A stretch of DNA of 64,000 nucleotides from contig AP024682.1 in NCBI GenBank assembly GCA_025999395.1, positions 468,680-532,679 on the forward strand, in the 5' to 3' direction. The notes below the pieces were generated by a model. It was not told the DNA's origin. It ran no database searches and saw nothing but the letters and a program-made list of their open reading frames with translations. Shown in pieces: positions 48,795 to 58,408 of the stretch; position 1 is the first letter of the stretch, and each line of letters begins with the position of its first letter. Source of the DNA: Candidatus Parcubacteria bacterium (GTDB lineage: Bacteria > Patescibacteriota > Minisyncoccia > UBA6257 > JAGOQP01). The position numbers were made by a program, and so were the translations under genes.

Positions 48795-51104
48795 CTATCT
48801 ATTTAGAATGCGTTTTATAACATTCAAAATACTTTTAATAGAAAAAATAGATTGCTGAAGAGATTCTAAGGAAAGAGGAGTACCTGTAGAAGAAGTTTTA
48901 AGATCAGAGGTGGTTGCTTTAGTTCCTACTGATCCTTGTTGAGGTAAAGGACGAGGATCTTTAAGAGTAAGCTTAACCACATCAATTGAGGCGGGATGAA
49001 TCTGAAAGATAGCAAAGGTTTTATCATCTACTTGTTGGAGGTGAGCATCCACCAAAATTTCTCCATTATAATTTAAGCCAGAAACATCGGCTGGAATAAT
49101 TTTAAGATTTCCATCATCACTAACTAATCCAACAGCTAGTGGTGCATAATAGAGCAACATATCACTTGAAGCAGATGATGGATCAAAACCAAAGCGATCA
49201 AGTTTTATTTTATTAACATCTCTTAATAAGACAACCCCATTATAAGCATGATTTCCAAAAGAATAATCGTTCAATTCCCCAAAGCGCGTCAGATCACCAA
49301 TAAATGCTATAGGCAAGGATTTAGTAAGTTCTTTAAATGGAGAAAACTTTGAATTAAGACCACAGGTTTTTCCAAGACCACTCGGCGGTGATTTGAGATC
49401 ATCCTCACACAAAGTATAACGGGAAATAAAGTTAAAACCACCTTCATTATTGAGTTTACGTATAATAACCCCGTTACGATAGCGATAGGAAGCGTCGGTT
49501 GGCCACTCTGGTCTTTTATGAATTCCAAATATTACATAAGCGAACTCCGCATTTTGATGATCATAATCATGAGAGAAAAAGTCGTAAATATACCCTTTAA
49601 CCTTATCTACTTCCAAACTTCCCCTATCAACATAAATTCTAACATCTTCAACTTCTGAAGCGTCGGGAAAATGAAGTTGGCCATTTAAACCACTTAATTT
49701 GAATGCTCCAATGAAAACAGGAATGCTGGGATTTGTAAGGTCAAAAACAAGAATATTTGACTCGTGTGTAGCATGCTGACGACCTCTTGAAACTGAAACA
49801 TTAGCTAAATAATACAGCTTACCTCCTTGATTTACAAAAAAGCTACCAGTAGCACCAACTTGATTAATAACACCCCTTTCTCTCATTAGTTGAGGAAGTT
49901 TATCTAAGCTAATTTTCCCTCCAGGCCTTAAATAAGGAGAACTATAACTTTGATTATCTGTAGCGATTACCTCAGCAACCTTAGAAAAAGTTTCTGATGT
50001 TACATCGAAAATCTCGAAATTAAATTTATTAGCCACTTTTTCTCTATAAGTATTCCCAATTGCGTATACCTTCCCATCAATACCCCTAAAAAGGCTAAAC
50101 AAATAAATACGATCATCATCGTTTTTGCCAGAATTTTCATCCTTGATTTCAGAAATACTCCAATCGGGATTGATTTTAAAAGAAACTACTGTAGCGCCTC
50201 CACTTCCAGGTACTAGAGAATAAATAACGGGATGATCATCAACAACTAGAAGAGGTGGTCTGTAAAATCCGATAAGTTGAACTGCTACTGCACCCCACAT
50301 TTGACCAGTTATCGAATCTTGATCATTGGGAATAATTTTTTCTCCCAGCAATCGAGGATTAAAGGGATTACTAATGTCGTAAATAGAAACCTTTATTCTT
50401 TTAGGAAAAGCTGTATAGCCAGTTTTTGAGTCAGAATGCGATGTTATCACCAGCATCACCTTTTTATTGTATAAACTAAAGAAAGCTACTTTGCTTATTC
50501 TCTCAGAGATAGTTTGTCCAGGCAATAAACTAAAAGGGTAAGCATAGTTATCACCATCTTTTAGTTCAATTAACTTTTTGATAAATTGAAAAGAACCAAG
50601 AGAAGAATTCACTTCGGTAATTTGAGGAGAGGCGATGGAGGGACGATCAGCTGAAACTATTATTTTTTCTTCCTTATAAAGTAACCAGGTGCAGGTAATT
50701 TTGTCAGAGGGTCCCTTAATTTCAAAAGCCGGACAAGAACTTCCCTTTTCTTTGTAATCTCCTAAATGAGTGGTATAACCTCGACTAATAATCTCCTCTA
50801 ATCCTTTAACCTGAGCTCGATAACTTCCGGGATCAAGATAAATGGGTTGACCTAAGGGAAATTCACCGATTTTTTTATTTTGAAGAAAAGCAAAGCTATC
50901 AGTCGATTTCGTTTCTGTCCAGATTTCTATCTTCACTTTTTGAGGATTAGGAATGGGCTCGTCTTCAATAAAATTTGTTCCTTGCCAATGGCCAAGTTTA
51001 ATAAAATAAGTAAAAGTTCCTCCTGTTTCAGCTTTAATAATTGAGGGAAGGTAAGAGAAAAGAAGAGAGGATAAAAGAAGAAGAAGATTAAGAGATTTTT
51101 TCAT
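48795..51104 (-). CDS. Large secreted protein, probable beta-propeller (LVIVD-like repeats)
   Basis: Signal peptide ending IKA; repeats IYDISNPFNP, IFDVTS, VFDLTNPSIP. Confidence 0.7.
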   Translation of the reverse strand: MKKSLNLLLLLSSLLFSYLPSIIKAETGGTFTYFIKLGHWQGTNFIEDEPIPNPQKVKIEIWTETKSTDSFAFLQNKKIGEFPLGQPIYLDPGSYRAQVKGLEEIISRGYTTHLGDYKEKGSSCPAFEIKGPSDKITCTWLLYKEEKIIVSADRPSIASPQITEVNSSLGSFQFIKKLIELKDGDNYAYPFSLLPGQTISERISKVAFFSLYNKKVMLVITSHSDSKTGYTAFPKRIKVSIYDISNPFNPRLLGEKIIPNDQDSITGQMWGAVAVQLIGFYRPPLLVVDDHPVIYSLVPGSGGATVVSFKINPDWSISEIKDENSGKNDDDRIYLFSLFRGIDGKVYAIGNTYREKVANKFNFEIFDVTSETFSKVAEVIATDNQSYSSPYLRPGGKISLDKLPQLMRERGVINQVGATGSFFVNQGGKLYYLANVSVSRGRQHATHESNILVFDLTNPSIPVFIGAFKLSGLNGQLHFPDASEVEDVRIYVDRGSLEVDKVKGYIYDFFSHDYDHQNAEFAYVIFGIHKRPEWPTDASYRYRNGVIIRKLNNEGGFNFISRYTLCEDDLKSPPSGLGKTCGLNSKFSPFKELTKSLPIAFIGDLTRFGELNDYSFGNHAYNGVVLLRDVNKIKLDRFGFDPSSASSDMLLYYAPLAVGLVSDDGNLKIIPADVSGLNYNGEILVDAHLQQVDDKTFAIFQIHPASIDVVKLTLKDPRPLPQQGSVGTKATTSDLKTSSTGTPLSLESLQQSIFSIKSILNVIKRILNR

Positions 51105-51243
51105 AAGAAAGATAAATTTTAATAAAAACCAAGACTTTTTTAAAAAGACCTTTTTAATTCTTTTGGTAATTATAAGCTAATTCTTTGGAAAAGAGAAGAA
51201 AGTCTACAAAATTTTTTATATCCTCAACAAATAAATATAAGAA

Positions 51244-52269
51244 TTAATGTATTTCTGGCTGGAAATTACGATTGATAAAAACTCTATACCTTTCCTCAGC
51301 TTCAATCCCTTTTTTAGAAACAAAAACCTTAACCGCTAATCCCTCCATTGTTTCTTTTGAAAAGTTCTGATCAAAAACAAAATTTCCCAAACTATAAAAA
51401 ATAATGCCTTTTTTGTATCTTTCTATCTCCTGAACTACATGAGGATGATGTCCAACAATAATATCAGCTCCAGCATCTATAAGTTGATGAGCCAATTTTT
51501 TCTGCCAGCGGCTAGCATTTTTTTCATACTCGTTCCCCCAGTGAAGAGAAACAACAAGAATATCTGCCTCTTTTTTTTCTTTTATAGCCGCTACTAATTT
51601 TAAAATCCTTTCAATATCAAACCGGCTAATGCCGACTTGATTTTCTTTTGCCTCTAAACTTTTTGGATATAAATTTGTGTAAGCTAAAAAACCAATCTTT
51701 AAACGATCAGCGTCTAACGAAACAACTTTAAGAGAATTAGCTTCGTCAAAATTTTCTCCAGCGCCAACAGGAATTATTCCGTTATCTTTTAGAATTGTCA
51801 GAGTATCAAAAAGAGCCTCTTTGCCCCAATCCCAAATATGATTATTAGCTAAAGACAAAACATCAAAGCCGGCATAAATTAATCCTTCAACAACCTCAGG
51901 ATGAGCCCGAAAGGAATAAATACTCCCCTGATTTTCGCCACGCGCAGAAATAGGTCCTTCCAAATTTCCAAAAGTGATATCGGCTCCTTTCAAAAAATCA
52001 GCAGAAAGCTGAAAAGGGAAGGCGTAGTTATTATATTTTTCCATCTGCCTTCCTACAGCTCGCGACAGCATAATATCGCCTACAAATATCAGAGTTGCTA
52101 ACTGATGTTGATTGTCCTGCCGACTAACACTAACTAAATTACCCAAAAGAGAAGCAGTAAGTTGAGATTCCAAAGATTTTTCCCAAGCATCAAAAATTTG
52201 TCTTCCTAAATAACTCAATCCAGCTAAAAGAAAAACAACGACAAAAGAAAAAATAATAAAATTTCTCAC
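51244..52269 (-). CDS. CapA/PGA_cap-family metallophosphoesterase-fold protein, membrane anchored
   Basis: VGDIML, GNLEGP, LANNHIWDWG, SLHWGNEY, GHHPHV, YSLGNFVFDQ. Confidence 0.9.
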   Translation of the reverse strand: MRNFIIFSFVVVFLLAGLSYLGRQIFDAWEKSLESQLTASLLGNLVSVSRQDNQHQLATLIFVGDIMLSRAVGRQMEKYNNYAFPFQLSADFLKGADITFGNLEGPISARGENQGSIYSFRAHPEVVEGLIYAGFDVLSLANNHIWDWGKEALFDTLTILKDNGIIPVGAGENFDEANSLKVVSLDADRLKIGFLAYTNLYPKSLEAKENQVGISRFDIERILKLVAAIKEKKEADILVVSLHWGNEYEKNASRWQKKLAHQLIDAGADIIVGHHPHVVQEIERYKKGIIFYSLGNFVFDQNFSKETMEGLAVKVFVSKKGIEAEERYRVFINRNFQPEIH

Positions 52270-52330
52270 AAATTATTTTTGTTATCTTCTCAAAAAATGA
52301 AATAGCCTTAAAAAACCAAATTCAAAAAAA

Positions 52331-53155
52331 CTAAAACTCAACCAATGAAAACTTTCCGCTGGTTTCCTTCATTTTTTGATTTCCGTTACCATCAAGCAAA
52401 ACAAAAACAATTCTATAATTTCCCGGTTTTACCCTTATTTCAAAGTTGCTAGTGCCAGCACAAGAGGACATAACAAACCCTGCCACCCATTCAAACTGGC
52501 TATCATTTTTTATTGCCGCATCTGGACACAAAGCACCAATTTCTCTTCCTTTCTCATCGACTAAAGTAAAGAGGTGGGTAAGAGGATGATAATCTTTTAA
52601 AATATTACTGGCGAGTTTAATACTAAAAGACTTTCCAATAACCAATCGACTACCTTCTTGTGGTAATAGAAAAAAAGAATTTGTTTCAGAAGGCCCAACA
52701 ATAGTGAAAGTAACTGAGTTGCTTCTTAAACCAAAAGCTGCTACATAAATCTCGTAAACTCCCGGAATAACTTCTAAATAACCCGAGCAAGGTAATTCCG
52801 GATTCGTTTTTTTAACACAAACTTTTTCGGGAAATCGAAAATTCAAAAGATTCGAATTTAATGTGTTTTTTACGCTAAAAACTCCGCTTTCTCCACGACT
52901 ATTGGTTATCCAAATATCTGTCCAACCATCAGGACCATTTAAGTTTTTTCCTTTTAAAGTAATAGGTATCCCCACCGCTCCAGAATCTGGAAAAATAGAA
53001 TCAATAAAGGGCTGATTATTAACTTCACTGGTTACTTGGTTTTGATTTACATTATTAGTACCACTATTAGAAACCGGTTTGTTAATAAAAGTGTATATTA
53101 ATACTCCTCCCAAAATTAATGCTGAAGCAATCAATATTATCGTGATTCTCTTCAT
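52331..53155 (-). CDS. Membrane-anchored protein with an IPT/TIG-like domain
   Basis: N-terminal TM; PFIDSIFPDSGAVGIPITLKGKN...PGVYEIYV...SNSVTFTI. Confidence 0.7.
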   Translation of the reverse strand: MKRITIILIASALILGGVLIYTFINKPVSNSGTNNVNQNQVTSEVNNQPFIDSIFPDSGAVGIPITLKGKNLNGPDGWTDIWITNSRGESGVFSVKNTLNSNLLNFRFPEKVCVKKTNPELPCSGYLEVIPGVYEIYVAAFGLRSNSVTFTIVGPSETNSFFLLPQEGSRLVIGKSFSIKLASNILKDYHPLTHLFTLVDEKGREIGALCPDAAIKNDSQFEWVAGFVMSSCAGTSNFEIRVKPGNYRIVFVLLDGNGNQKMKETSGKFSLVEF

Positions 53156-53159
53156 AACC

Positions 53160-54179
53160 TTACAAGACCTCTTTTATTTTCAACAAATGCTTAACTAAGG
53201 TTGCTACATATCCCCACTCGTTATCATACCAAGACAAAACTTTTACCAAGTCACCGTCAATTACTTTGGTAAACTTCAAGTCAACAATTGCTCCATAAGG
53301 TTCTCCAATAATGTCGCTAGAAACAATCGGATCATTAGTTACCTTTAATATTCCCTGCCATTGAGGCGATAGAGAAGCTTGAGTTAAAATTTGGTTTATT
53401 TCTTCAACCGAAGTTGGTCTTTTAGAAACAAAGGTGATATCTGCAATTGAACCACTTACTACCGGCACTCTCATCGCTACCCCATCAAATTTTCCTTCCA
53501 ACTCTGGCAGAGCCCGAGTTACTGCCAAAGCAGCTCCAGTCGTAGAAGGGACAATATTGAAAGCCCCCGCTCTTCCCCGGCGAAAATCATTTCCTTTTAC
53601 TGGTCCATCAACAAGATTTTGAGTAGCAGTATAAGCGTGAACAGTATTCAAGATTGCTTTCTTAATTCCCGGATTTTGAGATAAAACCGCTATTACTGGT
53701 GAAGCAGCATTGGTAGTACAAGAAGCGTTGGAAGAAATTTTACAGGTAGAAATTTTATCTTCATTAAGACCGATTAGAACGGTTTTTCCTATTTCATTAT
53801 CCTCATCTTTAGCTGGAGCAGTTAAAAGAACTCTTTTAGCTCCCGCTTCTAAATGAACTTTGGCTTTTTCATATGATTCAAAAACCCCCGTTGATTCAAT
53901 AACCACATCCACCGCTAACGCTCCCCAAGGAAGTTTTAGAGGATCCTTTTCTTGAAAAAAATGAATGCTCTTGCCCTCAACTAAAAGAAGATTTTTAGCA
54001 GTATCTACTTCAACTTTTTTCTCCCAAGCGCGATAAACTGAATCGTACTTTAAAAGATAAGCCAAATTTTCTAATCCTCCCAAATCGTTAATAGCTACCA
54101 CCTCTATCTCGGAATGATCAAAAATTTGACGGAAGAAAAGTCTTCCGATTCTTCCGAAACCATTAATAGCAATTTTCAT
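53160..54179 (-). CDS. gap: Glyceraldehyde-3-phosphate dehydrogenase (type I)
   Basis: INGFGRIGR, SNASCTTN, PSTTGAA, WYDNEWGY. Confidence 0.98.
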   Translation of the reverse strand: MKIAINGFGRIGRLFFRQIFDHSEIEVVAINDLGGLENLAYLLKYDSVYRAWEKKVEVDTAKNLLLVEGKSIHFFQEKDPLKLPWGALAVDVVIESTGVFESYEKAKVHLEAGAKRVLLTAPAKDEDNEIGKTVLIGLNEDKISTCKISSNASCTTNAASPVIAVLSQNPGIKKAILNTVHAYTATQNLVDGPVKGNDFRRGRAGAFNIVPSTTGAALAVTRALPELEGKFDGVAMRVPVVSGSIADITFVSKRPTSVEEINQILTQASLSPQWQGILKVTNDPIVSSDIIGEPYGAIVDLKFTKVIDGDLVKVLSWYDNEWGYVATLVKHLLKIKEVL

Positions 54180-54273
54180 ATTTCTAATAAAAAAATTAAT
54201 TATAAAAAAAACACCTTGTTAAATTTTTTAAGATCAGATCAAGTTTAATTATACTAAAAGACAAACTAAAAAA

Positions 54274-55533
54274 CTAATTGGTGGCTTGATAAATAGAAAG
54301 AATTTCTGAATCAGAAAGAGCTCTGTTAAAAAGATAAATCTCATCCAATAATCCATTGAAATAACTACGGAAATCTACTCCATTTGTAGTAGACTCAGCT
54401 CCCATAACAAACTTAGTCACCGAAGAGGGAGTATTAATAGATGAGGGAGAAAATTGTTGGACAAAATTACCATTTTTAAAAGCTTTTACAGTAGAACCAT
54501 CAAAAGAAATTCCAACAAAAGTCCATTGACTTAAAGGAAAACTAAAGCTAGAAAAATTAGTATCCATACACCCTCCCCAGAAATTCAGATTAGTACCAAA
54601 CCTTCCAAAATAAAACTGTTTGCCAGTGCAATCTCCATTACCATAACCAACTATGCCATAGTAATTGACACTATTTAACGGTTTTACCCAAGCCAAAATC
54701 GTTCGTGGGGAATTTCCTTTTGGTAAATTGTTTACCGAAGCTAAAGCATAGTCATTTACTCCATCGAAATTAAGACAACTTCCCTTTTTACAATTAGCTC
54801 CAGTCTCCCAAATAGGACCATTATAAAGAGTAGCATGGTTTCCCTTTCCTGAAGAATCGTTAGCTATCAAACCAGACCCTTCATCAAAAGACCAATGTCC
54901 TAACAACCCCGTCAACCTTACTGTAAAGGGAGTCAATGAAGATACTGAAGTTCTACGATAATAAACTCCATTCCCACCGGTAAATGAGGAAATATACTTA
55001 TCTGATTCTAATAAGGAAGTTAATTCCCAACTTCCTCCTGTTACATAGGTATAATAATTTCCAGTAGAGGTAGCATTAATAGGATCAATAGGAAGTTTAG
55101 AAAAGGAAAGAGCTCTGGATTGAGAGAAATTAACAGGAATCCAGCCATTACCATCAATTCTTTGAAGATTAGCTTGAGTAACACAGCGATAACTCCAACC
55201 TGAAGGTAAAGAAGGTAAACCTAAATTAGCACAAGTTGAAGAGGTATCAGGGATTGAGACATAAACAGTATTAGGATTTCCAAAAGAGGTATATCCTTGA
55301 GACTCTAAGACTAATAAAGCCTTATTAATGCTATCTAAATCAGAGACTCTTTGAGCATCGCGAGCTTGTTTAAGATAGTCTAAAGGGTTTAAAGTAACAA
55401 TAACAGCGGTAGTTAAAACTGCAATGATGCCGATAACAATTAAGAGTTCTACAAGGGTGAAGGATTTTTGAAAGTTTTCTTTTAAAGAATAAAAATTAGA
55501 ATAAAAATTAGGATTTTTTTTAATAGAATTCAT
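54274..55533 (-). CDS. Type IV pilin-like protein with a C-terminal LamG/pentraxin-like domain
   Basis: KS-FTLVELLIVIGII...LNPLDYLKQARD; LPSGWSYRCV...GWIPVNF...LPIDPIN; GLLGHWSFDE...GLLDEIYLFNRALS. Confidence 0.85.
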   Translation of the reverse strand: MNSIKKNPNFYSNFYSLKENFQKSFTLVELLIVIGIIAVLTTAVIVTLNPLDYLKQARDAQRVSDLDSINKALLVLESQGYTSFGNPNTVYVSIPDTSSTCANLGLPSLPSGWSYRCVTQANLQRIDGNGWIPVNFSQSRALSFSKLPIDPINATSTGNYYTYVTGGSWELTSLLESDKYISSFTGGNGVYYRRTSVSSLTPFTVRLTGLLGHWSFDEGSGLIANDSSGKGNHATLYNGPIWETGANCKKGSCLNFDGVNDYALASVNNLPKGNSPRTILAWVKPLNSVNYYGIVGYGNGDCTGKQFYFGRFGTNLNFWGGCMDTNFSSFSFPLSQWTFVGISFDGSTVKAFKNGNFVQQFSPSSINTPSSVTKFVMGAESTTNGVDFRSYFNGLLDEIYLFNRALSDSEILSIYQATN

Positions 55534-55542
55534 TTTATACAA

Positions 55543-56706
55543 CTACCTAATTAATGCCTTAAGCTCTTCTTTTGTTTTTTCAACAATTTTTTCCTGAATT
55601 TTATTTACTTCTTCATTGGTTAAAGTTCTTTCTGGAGAACGATAGATGATTCTAAAGGTATAACTTAATTTATCCTTACCAAACTTCTCATCGTTTTCAT
55701 ATTTATCCAACATTTTAACTTCCTCCACTAATTCTCCAGCACAATCACGAACAATTTCATAATAATTGTTAAGACTCATATTTTTGGGCACAATAAAAGA
55801 AATATCTCGATAAGTCATCGGGAATTTGCTCACTTCACGATAAATACTATCAATGCTAGTAAACTGACTAGTGATGCGCGGGTCATTTGACCAAAAAATT
55901 CTGATATCGGGAATTTTCATTTTAACCATTGCCAATCTTTCCAAACCAAAACCAAAGGCCCAACCATTGTAAATCTCTGGATCAATTCCAAGATTTTTAA
56001 GAACCTGATTATGAACTACTCCTGCCCCTACCACCTCCAGCCATTTTTCTTCTCCACCATCGCTTTCAATTTTGATTTCTACTTGAGTGCTGGGATGCGT
56101 AAAAGGAAAAGTATCTTCTAAAAATCGGAAAACTACTTTCTCGCCATAAATTGCTTTTACAATCTCTGAAAGCACTTCTTGAAGCTCGGGAATGCCAATA
56201 ATTTTTTTATCTCGCCGACATAAGTAAAGCCCATCAACTTGATGAAAAACCGGGAAATGATTCCTGTCAATTTCGTCTTTCCGGAAAACCTTACCATAAC
56301 TTAAGAGTCCAATTTCCCCTTCTTCTTGAAGCTTCTTTTTAGCATCTTCTCTTTGAAGATAAAAAGTCCACATTACCGTGGTTTGGGTTCGCAAAACATA
56401 ATCTTTGCTGACATAATAAGTGTCTGTTTCTCGGCGACTAGGATGATCTAAAGGAGTATTAAGCAAATCAAAATTATCCCGAACGCTTACAATCTCTGGA
56501 AATTCAATAATGTCAAAGTCTTTAAAAGCTTCAATTGAAAGAATCTTTTCAACAATAAACTTTAGAGGCGAATTTTCTTTCCTTGTAAGATCAGGAAGAG
56601 ACAAAAGTCTTTTTATTCTTGTTGCTTGAATATCGTCTCTTTTTTTTAGTTCTTCTAATAATTGATCGCTAATTGGATCTTTAGCAACAATATATTCGCG
56701 TTTCAT
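55543..56706 (-). CDS. pheS: Phenylalanine--tRNA ligase, single-chain type (alpha catalytic domain fused to an FDX-ACB anticodon-binding domain)
   Basis: NFDLLNTPLDHPSR, LRTQTT, GKVFRKDEIDRNHFPVFHQVDG, FPFTHPS, GWAFGFGLERLAM, then SKFPMTYRDISF...YRSPERTLTNEEVN. Confidence 0.93.
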   Translation of the reverse strand: MKREYIVAKDPISDQLLEELKKRDDIQATRIKRLLSLPDLTRKENSPLKFIVEKILSIEAFKDFDIIEFPEIVSVRDNFDLLNTPLDHPSRRETDTYYVSKDYVLRTQTTVMWTFYLQREDAKKKLQEEGEIGLLSYGKVFRKDEIDRNHFPVFHQVDGLYLCRRDKKIIGIPELQEVLSEIVKAIYGEKVVFRFLEDTFPFTHPSTQVEIKIESDGGEEKWLEVVGAGVVHNQVLKNLGIDPEIYNGWAFGFGLERLAMVKMKIPDIRIFWSNDPRITSQFTSIDSIYREVSKFPMTYRDISFIVPKNMSLNNYYEIVRDCAGELVEEVKMLDKYENDEKFGKDKLSYTFRIIYRSPERTLTNEEVNKIQEKIVEKTKEELKALIR

Positions 56707-56824
56707 TTTCAATGATTTTTTAATTTTAGATCACTTAATCAAAAAAATAATAGCAAAAAAAACAAAAAACACAAATAATAAAAAGCCGTATCGTAGCAAC
56801 ACGGTAAAAACCAAAGAGCAAATT

Positions 56825-57010
56825 CTATTTTTCTTTCTGAGATTCTTTCTTCAACTCCTCATAATAAAGGGAAGGTTGTTTTCTGACAAACTCAAGAAAC
56901 CAATCTCCGTCGTATCCCATTTCCTCTCCCATTTTTCTAACGAACTTTTCCATCTCTTCATCAAATTCAACCGACCTTGAATTTCTCGGAAAATAGAGAA
57001 CCTCACCCAT
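56825..57010 (-). CDS. Small hypothetical protein preceded by a canonical SD-like sequence
   Basis: 61 aa ORF; AAAGGAGGGAGAAAG-ATG. Confidence 0.5.
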   Translation of the reverse strand: MGEVLYFPRNSRSVEFDEEMEKFVRKMGEEMGYDGDWFLEFVRKQPSLYYEELKKESQKEK

Positions 57011-57109
57011 CTTTCTCCCTCCTTTCTAAAGAACCTTCTGAAGTAGAATAGAAAACAAGTTTTTTGCCAAACAAAAGTAGAGTTAAGAAAAACAAAGAAT
57101 AAAAACCAG

Positions 57110-57193
57110 TGCGCGGGAGAGGACTCGAACCTCCACGCCTAAAAAGGCACTACCACCTCAAAGTAGCGCGTCTACCAATTCCGCCACCCGCGC
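57110..57193 (-). tRNA. tRNA-Leu (GAG)
   Basis: GCGCGGG acceptor, GGCGGAATTGGTAGACGC D-arm, anticodon loop TTGAGGT, long variable arm. Confidence 0.93.
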
Positions 57194-57290
57194 ATTCAAA
57201 TCGTCTTAAAGATAAAATGTTCTTAAAAAAATTATAGACAAAGAAAAATCAAATTTCAACGTTTCTAAAAAATAGAATTTTTTAAAAACA

Positions 57291-57318
57291 AAAAACAGGG
57301 TTCCTTTCCCCTGTTTTG
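57291..57318 (-). terminator. Terminator after rplS
   Basis: AAAACAGGG...CCCTGTTTT inverted repeat with a T-tract. Confidence 0.7.
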
Positions 57319-57341
57319 AATAATCATCAAAAAGCTTTCTT

Positions 57342-57668
57342 TTATAAAGAAACCCCTAACTTTCTTTGAATCTTCTTCTTAGAAGCTTCTCTTACCCAAT
57401 AAAGTTTGGCCCTTTTTACTTTCTTAGGAGAGGAAAGAATTTTTACTGAAAGAATATTGGGAGAGTTTAAGGGATAAATTTTTTCTACCCCCACTCCATC
57501 GACAATTGCTCGAACAGTAAAGGTTGCCTGCGGTTGACTGCCGTGCTTTCTGGCAATTACCAAGCCCTTAAAAGTGCTGGTTCTTCCTTTTTCTCCTTCA
57601 CCTACTTTTTCTACTACACTCACTAAGGCTCCCGGTTTTATTTTTTCAGCAGTTTCTTTGTCTATCAT
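57342..57668 (-). CDS. rplS: 50S ribosomal protein L19
   Basis: FKGLVIARK, TFTVR, GVGVEKIYPLNSP, VKRAKLYWVR. Confidence 0.95.
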   Translation of the reverse strand: MIDKETAEKIKPGALVSVVEKVGEGEKGRTSTFKGLVIARKHGSQPQATFTVRAIVDGVGVEKIYPLNSPNILSVKILSSPKKVKRAKLYWVREASKKKIQRKLGVSL

Positions 57669-57694
57669 ACCCAAAAAGAATAGCGGAAAAAAAT

Positions 57695-58402
57695 CTATTT
57701 GTCAAAATCAAACCCCAAAAAAGAAGAAAAATCATCAGGCAAAGGAGCTTCGATTTTATATCTTTGATTACGCCAATCGCTAAACTCTAAAGAAAAAGCG
57801 TGAAGCATTAGTCGCGAAGCCAGTAAAGCATTTTTCTTACCTCCATAAATTTTATCTCCTACTACTGGATGATTTAAAAAATTCAAATGAACTCTTATTT
57901 GATGAGTTCTTCCGGTAAGAGGCATTATTTCTAATAAAGAAAACCATTCTTCTCCTTTTTTAAATTCTTTGAGAACTTTATATTCAGTAATTGCTTCTTT
58001 GGTCATTTTTGAAGAAAAAATCGTTCTTTTGGTGGTTCCTTTTTTAATTCCAAGAGGAAGATTTATTACTCCCGCCTTATTTTTTAGTTGTCCCCTCACC
58101 ACCGCTAGATAAGTTTTTTTTACCTGCCGTTGAGCAAAAAGATTTTTAAAATAATCAAAACTTTCTTGATGTAAACATACCAAAAGAGCTCCGGAAGTCT
58201 CCTTATCTAAGCGATGAACAATGCCGGGGCGCCAGATAGGATCATCACCTACTTTTTTAACTTGAGGAAAGTTTTTTACTAACCACTCAACTAAGGTTGG
58301 CTGCTTTTCTTTAAAATAAGGGGCGCCGTGAACCAATAACCCAGCGGGTTTGTTTAAAACCAGAAAATCTTTATTTTGAAAAACAATCTCTATCTCCTTC
58401 AT
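57695..58402 (-). CDS. RluA/RluD-family pseudouridine synthase (no S4 domain)
   Basis: LNKPAGLLVH, HRLDKETSG, TGRTHQIRVHL, GDKIYG, MLHA. Confidence 0.93.
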   Translation of the reverse strand: MKEIEIVFQNKDFLVLNKPAGLLVHGAPYFKEKQPTLVEWLVKNFPQVKKVGDDPIWRPGIVHRLDKETSGALLVCLHQESFDYFKNLFAQRQVKKTYLAVVRGQLKNKAGVINLPLGIKKGTTKRTIFSSKMTKEAITEYKVLKEFKKGEEWFSLLEIMPLTGRTHQIRVHLNFLNHPVVGDKIYGGKKNALLASRLMLHAFSLEFSDWRNQRYKIEAPLPDDFSSFLGFDFDK

Positions 58403-58408
58403 TAAAAA

